Shown: piece after piece, positions 10,403 to 21,300 of the stretch
How positions within the stretch are numbered: position 1 is the first letter of the stretch
Layout: each line of letters opens with the position of its first letter
Assembly (NCBI RefSeq): GCF_000400465.1
Contig: NW_008806287.1
Location: 240,001 to 272,000 of the forward strand
Reading direction: 5' to 3'
Length of the DNA: 32,000 bases
DNA from: Wallemia ichthyophaga EXF-994
Lineage: Eukaryota; Fungi; Basidiomycota
Program-made: the position numbers and the translations under genes
Notes under the pieces: model-generated
Told to the model about the DNA's origin: nothing
Database searches by the model: none
Seen by the model: the letters and a program-made list of their open reading frames with translations, nothing else

Positions 10403-11806
10403 ATGACAGCGCCTGTATTACCAAATCATTTCAATGATTTATTAGATATCTCCGAGGTGCCCACTCCAAAATGGCAACAAGTAGGCTTTTCTCCCTTCTC
10501 TGGCCTTTCTTTGGCCCCTTTTCTACGCGACTTGCTCACAAAACGCTATAGATTACGCGAGACGATAGACCAATCACAATAGCTAGATTGAAGTTGCCTC
10601 ATCCGGTTAGTTTAGCGCCATTTACGCCTTTCAAATCATCTTATTCCCCACTCAGCGCGAAAAGCACACGTTCGTACTCAGGAGATACGATTGCAATGGA
10701 ATATCTTTCGGATCGCTCTTCAAGGCCGCGTTCCCATACGCTACTGATGAGGAGGAGAAGAATGAGTTTGACTACGTGAAGAAAAACTACGATGTGATGT
10801 TGGTGCCTACTGAGGAGTACAGAGACACGAAGCTTGCTAAGCTCGCTGGATTTTGGTATGTGTTTGCTGTTGGTCTCGTTTACAGCCTCTTACTCTCCTC
10901 AGGATTCCAATTGAAGTTGCTCAGAAACTCGGTAAACGCTACGCTATGGAGGATTTCTTAGAAGCGCTTATTAAAGCAGACAAACCAGACTTGACAGATT
11001 TCAAGAAACGCTCTTCAAACAGACAAGCCTCAGAGGATGCTAAGAGCTCTCCAGCCAAAGCTCAGGCTTCTTTGGAATCACCAGCCAAGTCAGCTACAAA
11101 GATACCAACACCAACTAAGAATCCGGCTCCTAGGAGATCAGCTAGACATCAATCGAGATCACCATCACCATCACCCCTGACTCACAACCTCACCCCAGGC
11201 AAGAAGAAGGCAAAGAAGGCACCAAAGGAGGCAGTCATTGAAGAGAGTCTCGAAGAAACTGTTACCACAATCCAGCCTCCATCGCCAATGATGCATCAGT
11301 CTTCACCCGTGCATGAACAGCCATCCTCTATGCACGACCAACAACAGCCACAGCAGCAGCAATCATCACCAGTACACCACCCAGCACACCAACCAGTGCT
11401 TCACCAGTCATCACCACTCAAAGCTGCTCTCAACGATGACCAAGTACTTGCTGATATCGAAAGGGCAAAGGACTTGGTGGATGATATTAAGCAGTCCAAA
11501 CAGTTGGCTCAAGGCAGTCCAGTAAAGGTGTCTGGTGAGGAAGTGGAAGTTACTGTTCAACAACCAACCGTCTTTACAAGCACCTCCGATCAAGGTGAAG
11601 GTGAGGGTAAGAGAAAGCGCGAGTTGGAAGATGAGACTGGAAACGAGATCAAGGTTGTGTCGTTCGGACAGAACCCACCTGCAAACGCTGAGGAGATACA
11701 AGAAAGACCAATTGTACAGCGTAGAGGTGTTGCTGCTGCAGTTGGAGCTTTTGCACTTGGTTTCGGTTTTGCAGCCAGCAATATCCTTCCAAGGTTCTTG
11801 TTTTAA
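10403..11806 (+). CDS. Bqt4-like APSES/KilA-N domain protein with a C-terminal membrane anchor; introns 10481-10551, 10606-10655, 10856-10902
   Basis: The spliced N-terminus contains HTFVLRRYDCNGISFGSLFKAAFPYATDEEEKNEFDYVK...LAGFWIPIEVAQKLGKRY, a Bqt4-type APSES fold. It is followed by a disordered S/P/Q/K-rich middle and a hydrophobic tail RRGVAAAVGAFALGFGFAASNILP. Confidence 0.75.
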
Positions 11807-11978
11807 GCGAGCACTTTAGTAGTGCTAACAGGATACTTATTGCTTCTACCACCAATACTCATTATTAATAATGCTTCATCTTTCTTTTCCTCGATTTGTC
11901 ATTCAAAGCCTACAATATCTAATAATCTTTTTCATTCTTTGTATGTTTAGTAAGGTATAAAATGAATAAAATGAGAGT

Positions 11979-12710
11979 TCAGTTGTCAAATTTACGATTT
12001 GGGTTGCTGCCGAAGAGATCGTATCTGATTTCAGGCAGCATTCTGTCTTCAAGGAGAGTAAGACGGGCCTCGATTGTGTTATCGATAAAGATGCGATTTC
12101 CGAATGCGCTAGCCTTGAGACCGCCAGCAGCTGAGTCCTCGAGGGATGTCTGCACCTGTATATCAACATCGCGACCAGAAAGCTCCTTGTATTCACTCTT
12201 AGCCGAGTCAAGTGAATTTTCTGTCACCTGCTTATCCTTAGGTCTAATGTGTATAATAACCTGCTGCTCTATAAGCTTCAATAAAGACTGTACGATCAAT
12301 TTCTTGATGACTTCAGCGTAATCGTCGGATTCGGAGAGCTGGTTAACACGATGCTTAACGTCTTCGAAGAGTGTGTTAAGATGGTCTTCACGGCTGCTGA
12401 GTACTTTCAGTCTCGATTTGTTTGTTTCTGTGGATTGTGCGCTGCATTTGGTTGTGTTGTGAGTATAAGAGTGAATGCCTCATAGCCAAACTCACATCTT
12501 GCGGGCCACGGTAGCCTGCTTGTCCTTCTTATCGTAAACGCTATCGAGATGCTTCTGCTCCTGTGCGACAATCTTGGCCTTCTCATGCTCGTACTCCTCG
12601 TCAGCCTTAACACGCAGCTCTCTCGCCTTCTCCTCTGCCTCCTGCTTGATGAACTGTACCATTTTGTTAAGCTCGTGCTTCACTTCATCGTCGTCCATTG
12701 GTTTTGTCAT
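11979..12710 (-). CDS. VMA4: V-type ATPase subunit E; intron 12442-12495
   Basis: MTKPMDDDEVKHELNKMVQFIKQEAEEKARELRVKADEEYEHEKAKIV...VARKI|AQSTETNKSRLKVL...IDNTIEARL...LFGSNPNRKFDN. Confidence 0.96.
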
Positions 12711-12790
12711 GGTGTTGGTGGTGTTGGTGGTGCAGGTCCAACGTCTATGCGCCTGCCAGCGGCTTGTACTAACACCACAAACAATATACA

Positions 12791-13315
12791 ATGCCCCCAC
12801 GCAGACTGCCTAGCTCTGTGAGCATAGGCACAGCGTATGAGATGGCCGTACGCCACACTCTCGCTCGCCAGCTCCAATTCGAGCTGAGTAGAGTCGGCGG
12901 TGCGCACGATCGCGGCGTTGACCTGATGGGCGTGACGCGCACTCCTCAGCGACTTAGTTTGGTAGTGCAGTGCAAATGCGAGTCCAAGAAGCTGTCGCCG
13001 CGTCATGTAAGGGAATTGCAGGGCACGCTGGTTCAACATCTCGATAGCAGCGGTATGACAATCGCCTTGCTGGCTAGCTCACAGGGATTCACTTCTAGCA
13101 CCGTTGCAGAAGCTATCGCTTCGCGTCTGCCGCTCTCCCTAGTGCATATCTCAACTAATGGGACTCTCCATAATTGCCTTTTCAACAACGCAGCTTCACT
13201 CCTCCTCGGTAAAGCTGGTTTGCAGCTCGTCAAGAGCTTCAGCACCGCCCGTAGCCCCAATAGCGATGGCATGGACTTGGTTATATCTCTCGAGCAAACA
13301 AAACCATCGACATGA
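12791..13315 (+). CDS. Rrg7/DUF2034-like protein with an Mrr-type PD-(D/E)xK restriction-endonuclease fold; intronless
   Basis: GTAYE...VGGAHDRGVDLMG...VVQCKCESKKLSPRHVRELQG matches the Mrr-like D...QxK motif of the fungal RRG7 family. Confidence 0.75.
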   Translation: MPPRRLPSSVSIGTAYEMAVRHTLARQLQFELSRVGGAHDRGVDLMGVTRTPQRLSLVVQCKCESKKLSPRHVRELQGTLVQHLDSSGMTIALLASSQGFTSSTVAEAIASRLPLSLVHISTNGTLHNCLFNNAASLLLGKAGLQLVKSFSTARSPNSDGMDLVISLEQTKPST

Positions 13316-13425
13316 AATTCGAATTGGCTACGTATTGGTATTATGTTTAGACTTAGAATTTAAAGTAATATGGAATTTACGCGAAATAGTACTACAAGAT
13401 CCTTTTTCCTTTTGTATCAATATTC

Positions 13426-16174
13426 TCATACACTGTACGCAACTCTGGCACCTGCAAAGACATAAGGATATCTGCAAAACGGGTCAGATTTTAGCAGCTG
13501 AAACCAAGTTCTTACGTACGGCTTCTGGTACCAATTCCTGAACGACGCTCTCTCAGCAATCCTACCCGCGGATGCATAACTTGCTCCTGAGACTGTATAA
13601 TGAGCACCGTCGAAGAAATCGTTCGAGTAGCCTGGATACAATTTGCTTGGCTCGTATCCTTCCAATTTATCGAACGGATTGCTCGACCACTCCCACACGC
13701 CCCCATTATGTCCTTTGCCGACGCGGCTTGGTGGAGCAGGAGGAACGGGGTGCCAATTACCGAAGCTGACATTAGCTGCAGGATGGTCGTTGGCCGTGAC
13801 GCTGCTCAGCACCTTCAACTCGGGCTCGTTCGGGATCCTACCGCCTTTATCGTGCGCATATCTCTCCAGCCACTCCAGACTATCCTGGACAGGCCAGTGC
13901 TGTGCAACATCGAACTCAACAAGACCGTACAGCGTGCGTACCTTTGTTGACCCATCACGCACTGCCCACGATGCAGGCATGTGTGTGCTGTGCGTACGCT
14001 CAAGCCACTCCCTAAACTCGCCATTGCGGATCGGGAGAGCATCGACGCGGAAGGCTCCGACGTGGGAGAGTGTGGCTGCATGTTCACAATCCCACCCATA
14101 CTCGTGCGTCTCTGGCTGGTCGTTGGCGAGATTCTGATCCTTATCGCCTGACTCGGCGTCGTCGTGTCCGAGCGTAACAGTCTGTGCTGGGAAATGCAAG
14201 ATATTATTGCTCAGTGCTTCCTCCCCCTTCTTGCCATTCCACATGGTCGCCAATGCTTGCCAATCTGGCACGCTGAATCCGGAAGGTGGGTTGATGTCCT
14301 CGCATTTCTGTATAAGCATGTAAAGAAGTGTCTCGCCGTGCATTATCATATGCTCGTATGTCATGTGCAGCACACGCGATAGACGTCGATCTAGGTGCAC
14401 CTTACCCAGATCGAGATCGGCGTATATGTTCAGCAGACGCTGTCTGGTCCTGACGTCGAACTCTAGCACTTGCGCGAGAGTTGGCCAGTCTTCCTCCTTC
14501 TCAGGCACGAGCGAGTGGTCGTGACAGACATTCGGGTCGTCCATCGATGGATCGATCCCGCGCTCGAAAATATCCTTGAAGCGCGCATTTGTGAGCGGTG
14601 TGTCGAAGTGGTTTGAGATGTATATATCCAAGAATGCTGGAATGTGGCCAAAATAGAATAGCACTATGTGACGTAAATCTATGGGCTTCCGGTGCAACAT
14701 CTCATCAGGTACCATACCCATTATGCAATCCCAGCATTTCCACATCTCAATCCAGTCAGAGACGAGTGGGACACCCTGCAACGATTGGCGAGTAGTGTTG
14801 GCCCACGATGGCAGATTAGGCGGAAGGAGGTTGAATGATGGACGCTCTACCAACCACAATCCATACATGTCATTGCTGTCGCTCCATTTATACGTCGCGC
14901 GCAGCCCCGCTGCCCTAAAAAGTGAGATGGCTTCTTCATCGGAGTACTTGTATGACCATTCGACATTGAGTAGTTCATCTTTTTGGATTTGAACCTGTTT
15001 AACGGTATCTGTAAGCTCATTAAATGCGTTTATCGTAGGAATCGTAATCGTCAGTGCCTCCTTGGCTTTGTAGTAAGCCTCGTGACGTCCATTGTCCTCG
15101 TCGTACACTGAGACATACTCAAATTTGCCCTCGAGTAATTGATCGTTGTTGTCGTTGTATGGTGCGAGGATACGGCTAGCGTGCGAAAGTCCGTTGAGGA
15201 TGAAGCGCTTTGTTACGCCAAATTCATCATCGTATGCGCGCTTCACCATGTTCTTCTCATTTCTCTTGTCGAGCCCGACGAGCAGAGTATCGAAACCAGG
15301 CCTCAGGCTTTCCCTGACAGTCTGAAGGAAGGATACTGCACTGTTCCTGTCAAAATTTCCGATAGACGAACCGAGGTGCCAGAAGGAGAGGGGGTTTCTG
15401 TCGTCACCCAGCACACTCAAGCTCGACTCTGACTTCCCAGCAAGACCAGGAGAAGATGGCGGGGTTAAGACGGAGGATTTACGCGGTGGTGGCGCGTCGC
15501 CGAAATCACTAGCGCTGGATTTGCGATCAGATGGGGTGATTGGGGCAGAGGAGTCAGGGCTACTATCACCTGATGAATCAGACTCCTTCTTGATCTTGGA
15601 GGACAGCCAGTCGAATCCCATGTCGTAGGTGCCGCAAAGACCAGCCATTGTGACGTCTTTGTCTAGCTGCTGATGGTGCATATCGGCCAGCGTACGCTCG
15701 AGCTCGTGCCTGTCGAGATCAAGAGCAAAGTAATTGATGTCGCTGCGTTTATTGGATCTGCTAAGCTGATTCATTGCGTCGAGAAGGTGTGACGTCTTCC
15801 TGAGTGAACCAGCGCCCAATTCAACCACAGTACCAGCGTTGTATGAGTTGAATAGCTTCTGGGCTATTTGGTGCTTATTGTCTCTCAGAATCTCCAACTC
15901 TTTCCAGAACGGATAGTAAAAGGTTCCTGAGAGTGTGAGTGGCGTGGGACTGCAAACAAGAAACTCGAAACTCACCTTGGGTAATCTCGTCATATAGCTG
16001 GAGACCCTTGTTATCATACAGAAGCAGCGTGGGGATTGACTTCGTGTAAGGCAGCGAAGTGGACTGGATGCTGTCTGGGTTATGTTCCAAATCGTCCAAC
16101 GAGCTAGAAAGCGATTTTAGTGAGAAATTCGGATCGATTTCCAATTCTGTAGATAGATTGTATATTTCAGCCAT
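13426..16174 (-). CDS. EGT1: Ergothioneine biosynthesis protein Egt1 (histidine N-trimethyltransferase fused to DinB/FGE-sulfatase-fold sulfoxide synthase); introns 15927-15975 and 13472-13519
   Basis: The EgtD-like part has LLYDNKGLQLYDEIT, YYPFWKELEIL, VVELGAGSLRKT, LGSSIGNF and LNVEWSYKY. The EgtB-like part has KPIDLRH..FYFGHIP, IFERGIDP, the iron motif EHMIMHGETLLYML (H-x3-H-x-E), GGVWEWS, FFDGAH and SFRNWYQKPYPYVFAGARVAY. Confidence 0.93.
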
Positions 16175-16226
16175 CGCCGTTCAATTGAGACTCATGCGGC
16201 AGCCAAACGGCACCTTAATTAACCAA

Positions 16227-16234
16227 TTACGTCA
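16227..16234. promoter_or_regulatory. CRE/ATF-type bZIP site (TTACGTCA) in the EGT1 / PAC1-like divergent promoter
   Basis: An exact TTACGTCA 52 bp upstream of the EGT1 ATG. This is a motif match only. Confidence 0.35.
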
Positions 16235-16430
16235 ATAATACCCGACCCACAAATACTTTGGACAGTATAGTCGTGATTCGGGTAGCTCAAATTGTGTGTA
16301 TGTACTTGCCTAATTGTACCACAGTGATTTGCGCCATCGTTCCTGGAGATCATTTGATTTCCTGATAAAGATGGGTTGGAGACGCGTCGTTAACGAGGGT
16401 CTGCATTCAGTAGTACATTTCATCTTTGCG

Positions 16431-16465
16431 TATCTCTCATTTTCGCTATCTCTTCCTCCTTCCGC
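16431..16465 (+). promoter_or_regulatory. Pyrimidine-rich (CT-box-like) core promoter stretch upstream of the PAC1-like gene
   Basis: tatctctcattttcgctatctcttcctccttccgct lies 30-65 bp before ATG 16495. CT-rich tracts commonly mark fungal transcription start regions. Confidence 0.3.
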
Positions 16466-16494
16466 TCAACGTTCATCATATCAAAGGCTCAGAA

Positions 16495-17435
16495 ATGGAA
16501 AGAGATCCACTGGGACAGAACAGACCTTTTAGACATCAAATAGATTCGTGCGTCTTTGTTTCGCGTTTCTGCGCTCTCTAATGTCACAATAGCGACGAGG
16601 AAGATGAAGATATGCAGGGCTTTTATCCAGGCCAGCAATCGCAGCAGACGCAAATAATAGACACACCTTTGCAATTCAAGTCGGCTGTAGACGCCCGATC
16701 CCTCCACAAACCGCTGCTCGTTGCTTTGGGTGAAATCGGACGTCATCTCGTAACAAGACTCGAGCAAGTGAGCGTGGTGAATGAAATTTCAGCAGACGGT
16801 CAAGTGGTGCGTCGCATTGAAGCTATTTTGCATCAACTAATGTATACTTTAAGATAGCACTGCTGCTCGCACACAAGGACAATGCCAGCATACTCTACAT
16901 CCCCTCGCAGCCCGTCTTGGAGCTCACACACAAGCTGAGCGTACTAATCCTCGACTTGCTCAAACCAAGCTCGGTTGTCTCGGTGGACACATACCCCAAT
17001 ACGACGATATACCTCCAAGACTCCGATAGCGAGAACCCTCCTTTGTTACAACTGGCAAATGTGGCTGAGGATGGCGTTAGCGGTGTAGATTCCCTCCCAC
17101 CGCCCAACATTATCGAGGGTATTTCAGCTGCACTTCTGTCTAGTGGTCTCATTAGCCAGTCGATTACACCCGTAGTTGCACTTCTCGTTCCTACTCTGGC
17201 ACCTCACACGCCGATAGTCAGCCAACGTCTAGCTAATAACGTTGTCGTTGCTCAAAGACTGAAGAGCGACGACTTGGATGATTTCATTGAGGGGCAAACC
17301 ATGTTCAGCATCTTGGCAGACAGCGTGAAGCTCAAGACTGGCATAGTTTTCAACGCGAAGCAAGTACAAAACAGGATAGACTTCATTGGTCCGTTTAGAA
17401 GGAAGAGACACACTGAGAACCTGATGTACATGTAG
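16495..17435 (+). CDS. Probable proteasome assembly chaperone 1 (PAC1/PSMG1/Pba1-like); introns 16548-16592 and 16807-16853
   Basis: The acidic N-terminus MERDPL...IDS|DEEDED, the PPNIIEGISAALLS block resembling the PSMG1 PNI...AAVLS motif, and a C-terminal HbYX motif (M-Y-M-stop) of the kind used to dock on 20S alpha rings. Confidence 0.62.
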
Positions 17436-17449
17436 AGTAGGCGTTGAGC

Positions 17450-18331
17450 TTACTTTGGTGTAAATATGTTGGATAGAGGGAGCTGGCGATGCATATTCTG
17501 TGTTAATTCTATATACTCGTCTATATCAGGACTGATGAAGCCGTGTCTGACAAAGAAATCGATCAGGACCAATGCGCAATTTGGTTTGAACTGTCTATCG
17601 TGGATGTTTGCAATAGCCTGATCCACACTGATACAACTAAATGACTGCACCTCGCCATCATTGGGTGTAGGAGTTACGTGGTGATCCACCTTCAAATCGA
17701 AAACGAATTGAATTTCAGGTTGTGCGAAGAGGCCTTGTTTCATATAGAAGTAAGTGACGACGCCGGTGCTCTTAAGGCTGCTATGTATGATCTCACTGGG
17801 AAGATTAGCCTCCTCTTGGCACTCTTTGATGACAGTATGCAGGACGCTATCACCGAAGGCTATTCCACCGGCTACAGTGTTATCGAGCATGGCAGGGTAA
17901 GTCTGCTTGGTGGGTGATCGACGCGGTATCCATAATTTGTAGTCGGGAGTGAATGCAGTGAGATGTATCCCGTAAGTGGGTATACCAAGAATACCAGCGG
18001 CTGCCCTCTCTAATGTGAAGAGGAGGGAGTTGTCTGCGCTGTACACCCCATAATCCTCATTGCGCCAGCCATTCAACTCATGTTTGACTGGTAAGGGAGT
18101 ATCTGTGGCTTCTTTGAGTGTTCTAAAGTGGAGATTTATAATTTCTGAGTCGCGTTGAACCGAGGAGTGGGTGTATATCACAGAATCGTGTTTGATAGTG
18201 AATGGAGGGATATTAACGAACCCAATCAATTGTTTGTTAATGTAGCCGATAGTATGTGTATTGTGCTTCAAAGGTATAAATCCTTTTGGATTGAAATTAT
18301 TCAACTCGCGGATTAATTCTATCATCTTCAT
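17450..18331 (-). CDS. Nudix hydrolase, YJR142W / Tnr3-N-terminal-like (thiamine-pyrophosphate-related); intronless
   Basis: WRNEDYGVY, LERAAAGILGIPTYGIHL, LWIPRRSPTKQTYPAMLDNTVAGG, the Nudix box GDSVLHTVIKECQEEANL, PNDGEVQSF and FKPNCALVLIDFFVRHG. Confidence 0.9.
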   Translation of the reverse strand: MKMIELIRELNNFNPKGFIPLKHNTHTIGYINKQLIGFVNIPPFTIKHDSVIYTHSSVQRDSEIINLHFRTLKEATDTPLPVKHELNGWRNEDYGVYSADNSLLFTLERAAAGILGIPTYGIHLTAFTPDYKLWIPRRSPTKQTYPAMLDNTVAGGIAFGDSVLHTVIKECQEEANLPSEIIHSSLKSTGVVTYFYMKQGLFAQPEIQFVFDLKVDHHVTPTPNDGEVQSFSCISVDQAIANIHDRQFKPNCALVLIDFFVRHGFISPDIDEYIELTQNMHRQLPLSNIFTPK

Positions 18332-18367
18332 CGTCGACGTCCATCAGATTGACTTGGATTACTAGAG

Positions 18368-21300
18368 ATGGAATTCTACACAAAATTACGTGATAAAGAT
18401 AGAGCCCTGGATGATAAAATACAGCTTATACGCACCAACACCCACTTTATCCCAAATCTCCACGAGATGGTCGTTGACTTCTTGGTGACTGAGTTATCTC
18501 AACACCCGGATATCCCTACATTATGGCAAATGCTGCGCTCTAGCCTAGACGCACATCCAATTACGGCCAATATCATACGCTTGGTGAAAAAATCCAACCT
18601 GATTAACCCAATCTCTGTGGTATTCAAACAAAACAACGAAGATGCACTAGAGAATGTCGCTAGAATACTCGATTTGACTATAGGCCACTATAACAAAGAC
18701 TCTGTCCTCAATTCGTACTCAATTTACCTCAATTCAGCCACATATCCACCAATCAACGATATATTCATCCGCTTCATACGTCTCAACAAGTTTAACAAGA
18801 AATCTTTATCTGGATTCGTACTTGAGAACATTGATAAATTCATCACTAACTACTCCTTCACCTCCCTCCTTATCACTCAAACTGACACCATTCGCTCTAT
18901 TCAATGGGCTAGCGATATGGACGACTTTCTCATTTATCACCTCACCCAACACTACGATAAGGATTTGATTGAGCACTTTATTCGCACCAGCACAAGCCAT
19001 CACCTTATCAGCAGTTTGCTCCAATTGAATCAATCAAAGGCTGTGCCTCTGTCGGAAGACCTATTGCAGCACCTCACTCACCAATCCATCGAGTTACGAT
19101 CACCAACCATTTTGAATGCATTGTGGACCATAGAACCTGACCATATGTTTGCGCATATTGATGCCAGTATTCGTATAGGCTTAGCGGACGATGTAGACAG
19201 AATATTGCAGGAGAAACTTCTCTTCACCATCATTACCGTCTACTCGGATACGCGTTCGTTGCCTACGCTTACAGAATCGCTCATTAGCGCCCTCTCCTCT
19301 AATAAGCACATACACATGCACAGCACCATAGACTACGCACTGATGAACGCATACCAAATATATACGACATCTGAGCAAGTCGAGCAATTGTGCAATTACT
19401 TTGGAGATAGATTGAGGGGGACTTATGGAATCGAGCCGTCTATCAAGAAACGCAAATCGGAGGGTAATGGCAAATCGGTAATAAACCCAGACGTTTCGTT
19501 TACAGCTACTGCTGCAATAGCAGAGCTCTTTTTCATGGCGCTCCCCAAGCTACTGACAAGCGTGACGGCTGGCGTAGGTGATGACCTTCGCACCCAGGTA
19601 CAAAAGCTCGCCGAAGATATATCCCCGCAGTACACAATTTCAGATGCTAGCAAAGAATACCGTTCTGTGCGGCTGATGAGGTGTCTCGCTATCAATCAAA
19701 TCATCACTCTACCGCAGGTTTTTAACGCGATGATTGACGCATTCGAAGCCGCTGCGAAGAATGACGATGACAGCCTAGCTTCTGAATATGCCCAGATGGC
19801 GTTTTTCACGCTCAGTCATAAGGTTGTAGACGGTGATGTCGCGAGGAGGTTCCTAGATGTATCCACATCTGTCGCCTTGCACTCGTCAAAGGTCGGGGAA
19901 AAGGTGCTGGGATGTGTAGTGCGTCATCTCTACGTGCTGGAGTAAGTCGCTTCACTGTCAACTTGCCGTCTTTTAACAACATCGCAGACACTACGCGCGC
20001 GATGAACATCTTGACGCCTTCATCGAATTCATTTGCAGAGGTGAAGACATATACACATCATCGCAAGCTGTGGCTGTGGAAGAAATTCTCACTTCTGCGT
20101 TGTTTTGGGAACTCTCTCGCTTTAGGAGCCGGTTGACGACGCATGTGGAATCTACTCTTAAGAGCGGTGACCAGAGGATTCAAGCGCACACACTCACACT
20201 TCTCCTCCGTTTCCCAAGGGGGTCTTATACGTCTAAATTTGTGCGCAATCTTGCTATCGATACGGCTATCGCGCTAGAGAGTGTAGCCGAGAAGGTATCT
20301 ACTTACATCACCCTTCGTCGTCTATTGTTGGCGCTGATTGGTGATAACGCCAAAGTTGGCGCTAAGGTGTGTACAAGTTGTCGCTTGCAAGGGTTACCAA
20401 ATCTTATTCGACGCAACAGAACGAGGAGTATGCAGTGTATCTAGCGACCAGCTCAACGTGGAACACTAGTGGAGATGAAAAGGCGTTAAATGAGCTGAAC
20501 AAAGTCTCAATACAGCTGCTTGACATGTTGGCAAGGTGAGTACAATGTGTATCTAAGCAAAGCGGAGCTCCGGCTCACCACAAACCCACAGACCAATCAT
20601 CCGCACCGACTGTGCGCAATTGTTCAAAAAACTGCACAAGAAATTCGACAAAGGTGTCTTGAGCATGATGGCAGCGAGTTGTGTTCTAGAAGTATACTTG
20701 GCGCACCACAAACCCAGTCAAGAAAGCGAGAAAAGCGCAACGATGACAACAACAACAACAACAACAACGAAAGACGACAACAAGTATGTGTACAAGCTGA
20801 CCCAGGCAATGGTGAACAAACTGTGCAGCGAACTTGTTTACCACACCACCGTCGCTAACATCTCCGCTTTGGTATCGTGTCTGCGTATGAGTATGATACG
20901 GGGTGGTGGAGCTGTCGATGCAAAGTGTCTGGATATAGCTAAGAGCGTCACATTAACACGCGTGCACTCTACAACACCAAACGCTCAGGTAGATTCTGCA
21001 ACTTCGGTACTCCATTTCTTGTCGGCTGGACTCGTACGCAATGTCGAGCAAATAGACGTAGCTGCTGCGTCATGGTGTATTTATCACGAAAGAGCATCAA
21101 CCGAGATGAAAAGCGTGATTGGAAGAGGATTGGCTGAGGTTGTAGTTATGTTCTTAGGTGATAATAACAACAATGACGTGGATGTCGTCGGTAATTTGTG
21201 GGAAGTCTTTCATTCTCACATCCGTGAGCCGACTTCACCCCTTTTGGCTGCGCTCGATGGGTTGAGAGTGGTGGTCAAGTCGTGCAGAGAAGGTGGGAAT

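Noticed and set aside
13572-14795. Several + strand ORFs of 65-164 aa antisense to EGT1, and similar shadow ORFs opposite UBA2, PRP46, CCT5 and MIM1
   Set aside because: They lie wholly opposite well-supported genes, mostly start at non-ATG codons and contain no domain motifs. Such ORFs are expected from codon bias.
16279-16360. GGGTAGCTCAAATTG resembles a tRNA D-arm / A-box
   Set aside because: There is no downstream B-box (GTTCRA), no acceptor-stem pairing and no cloverleaf.
16371-16532. 53-codon ORF (MGWRRVV...) overlapping the PAC1-like start out of frame
   Set aside because: It lies upstream of the CT-rich tract that probably marks the TSS, so it is likely not transcribed. It has no recognisable features.
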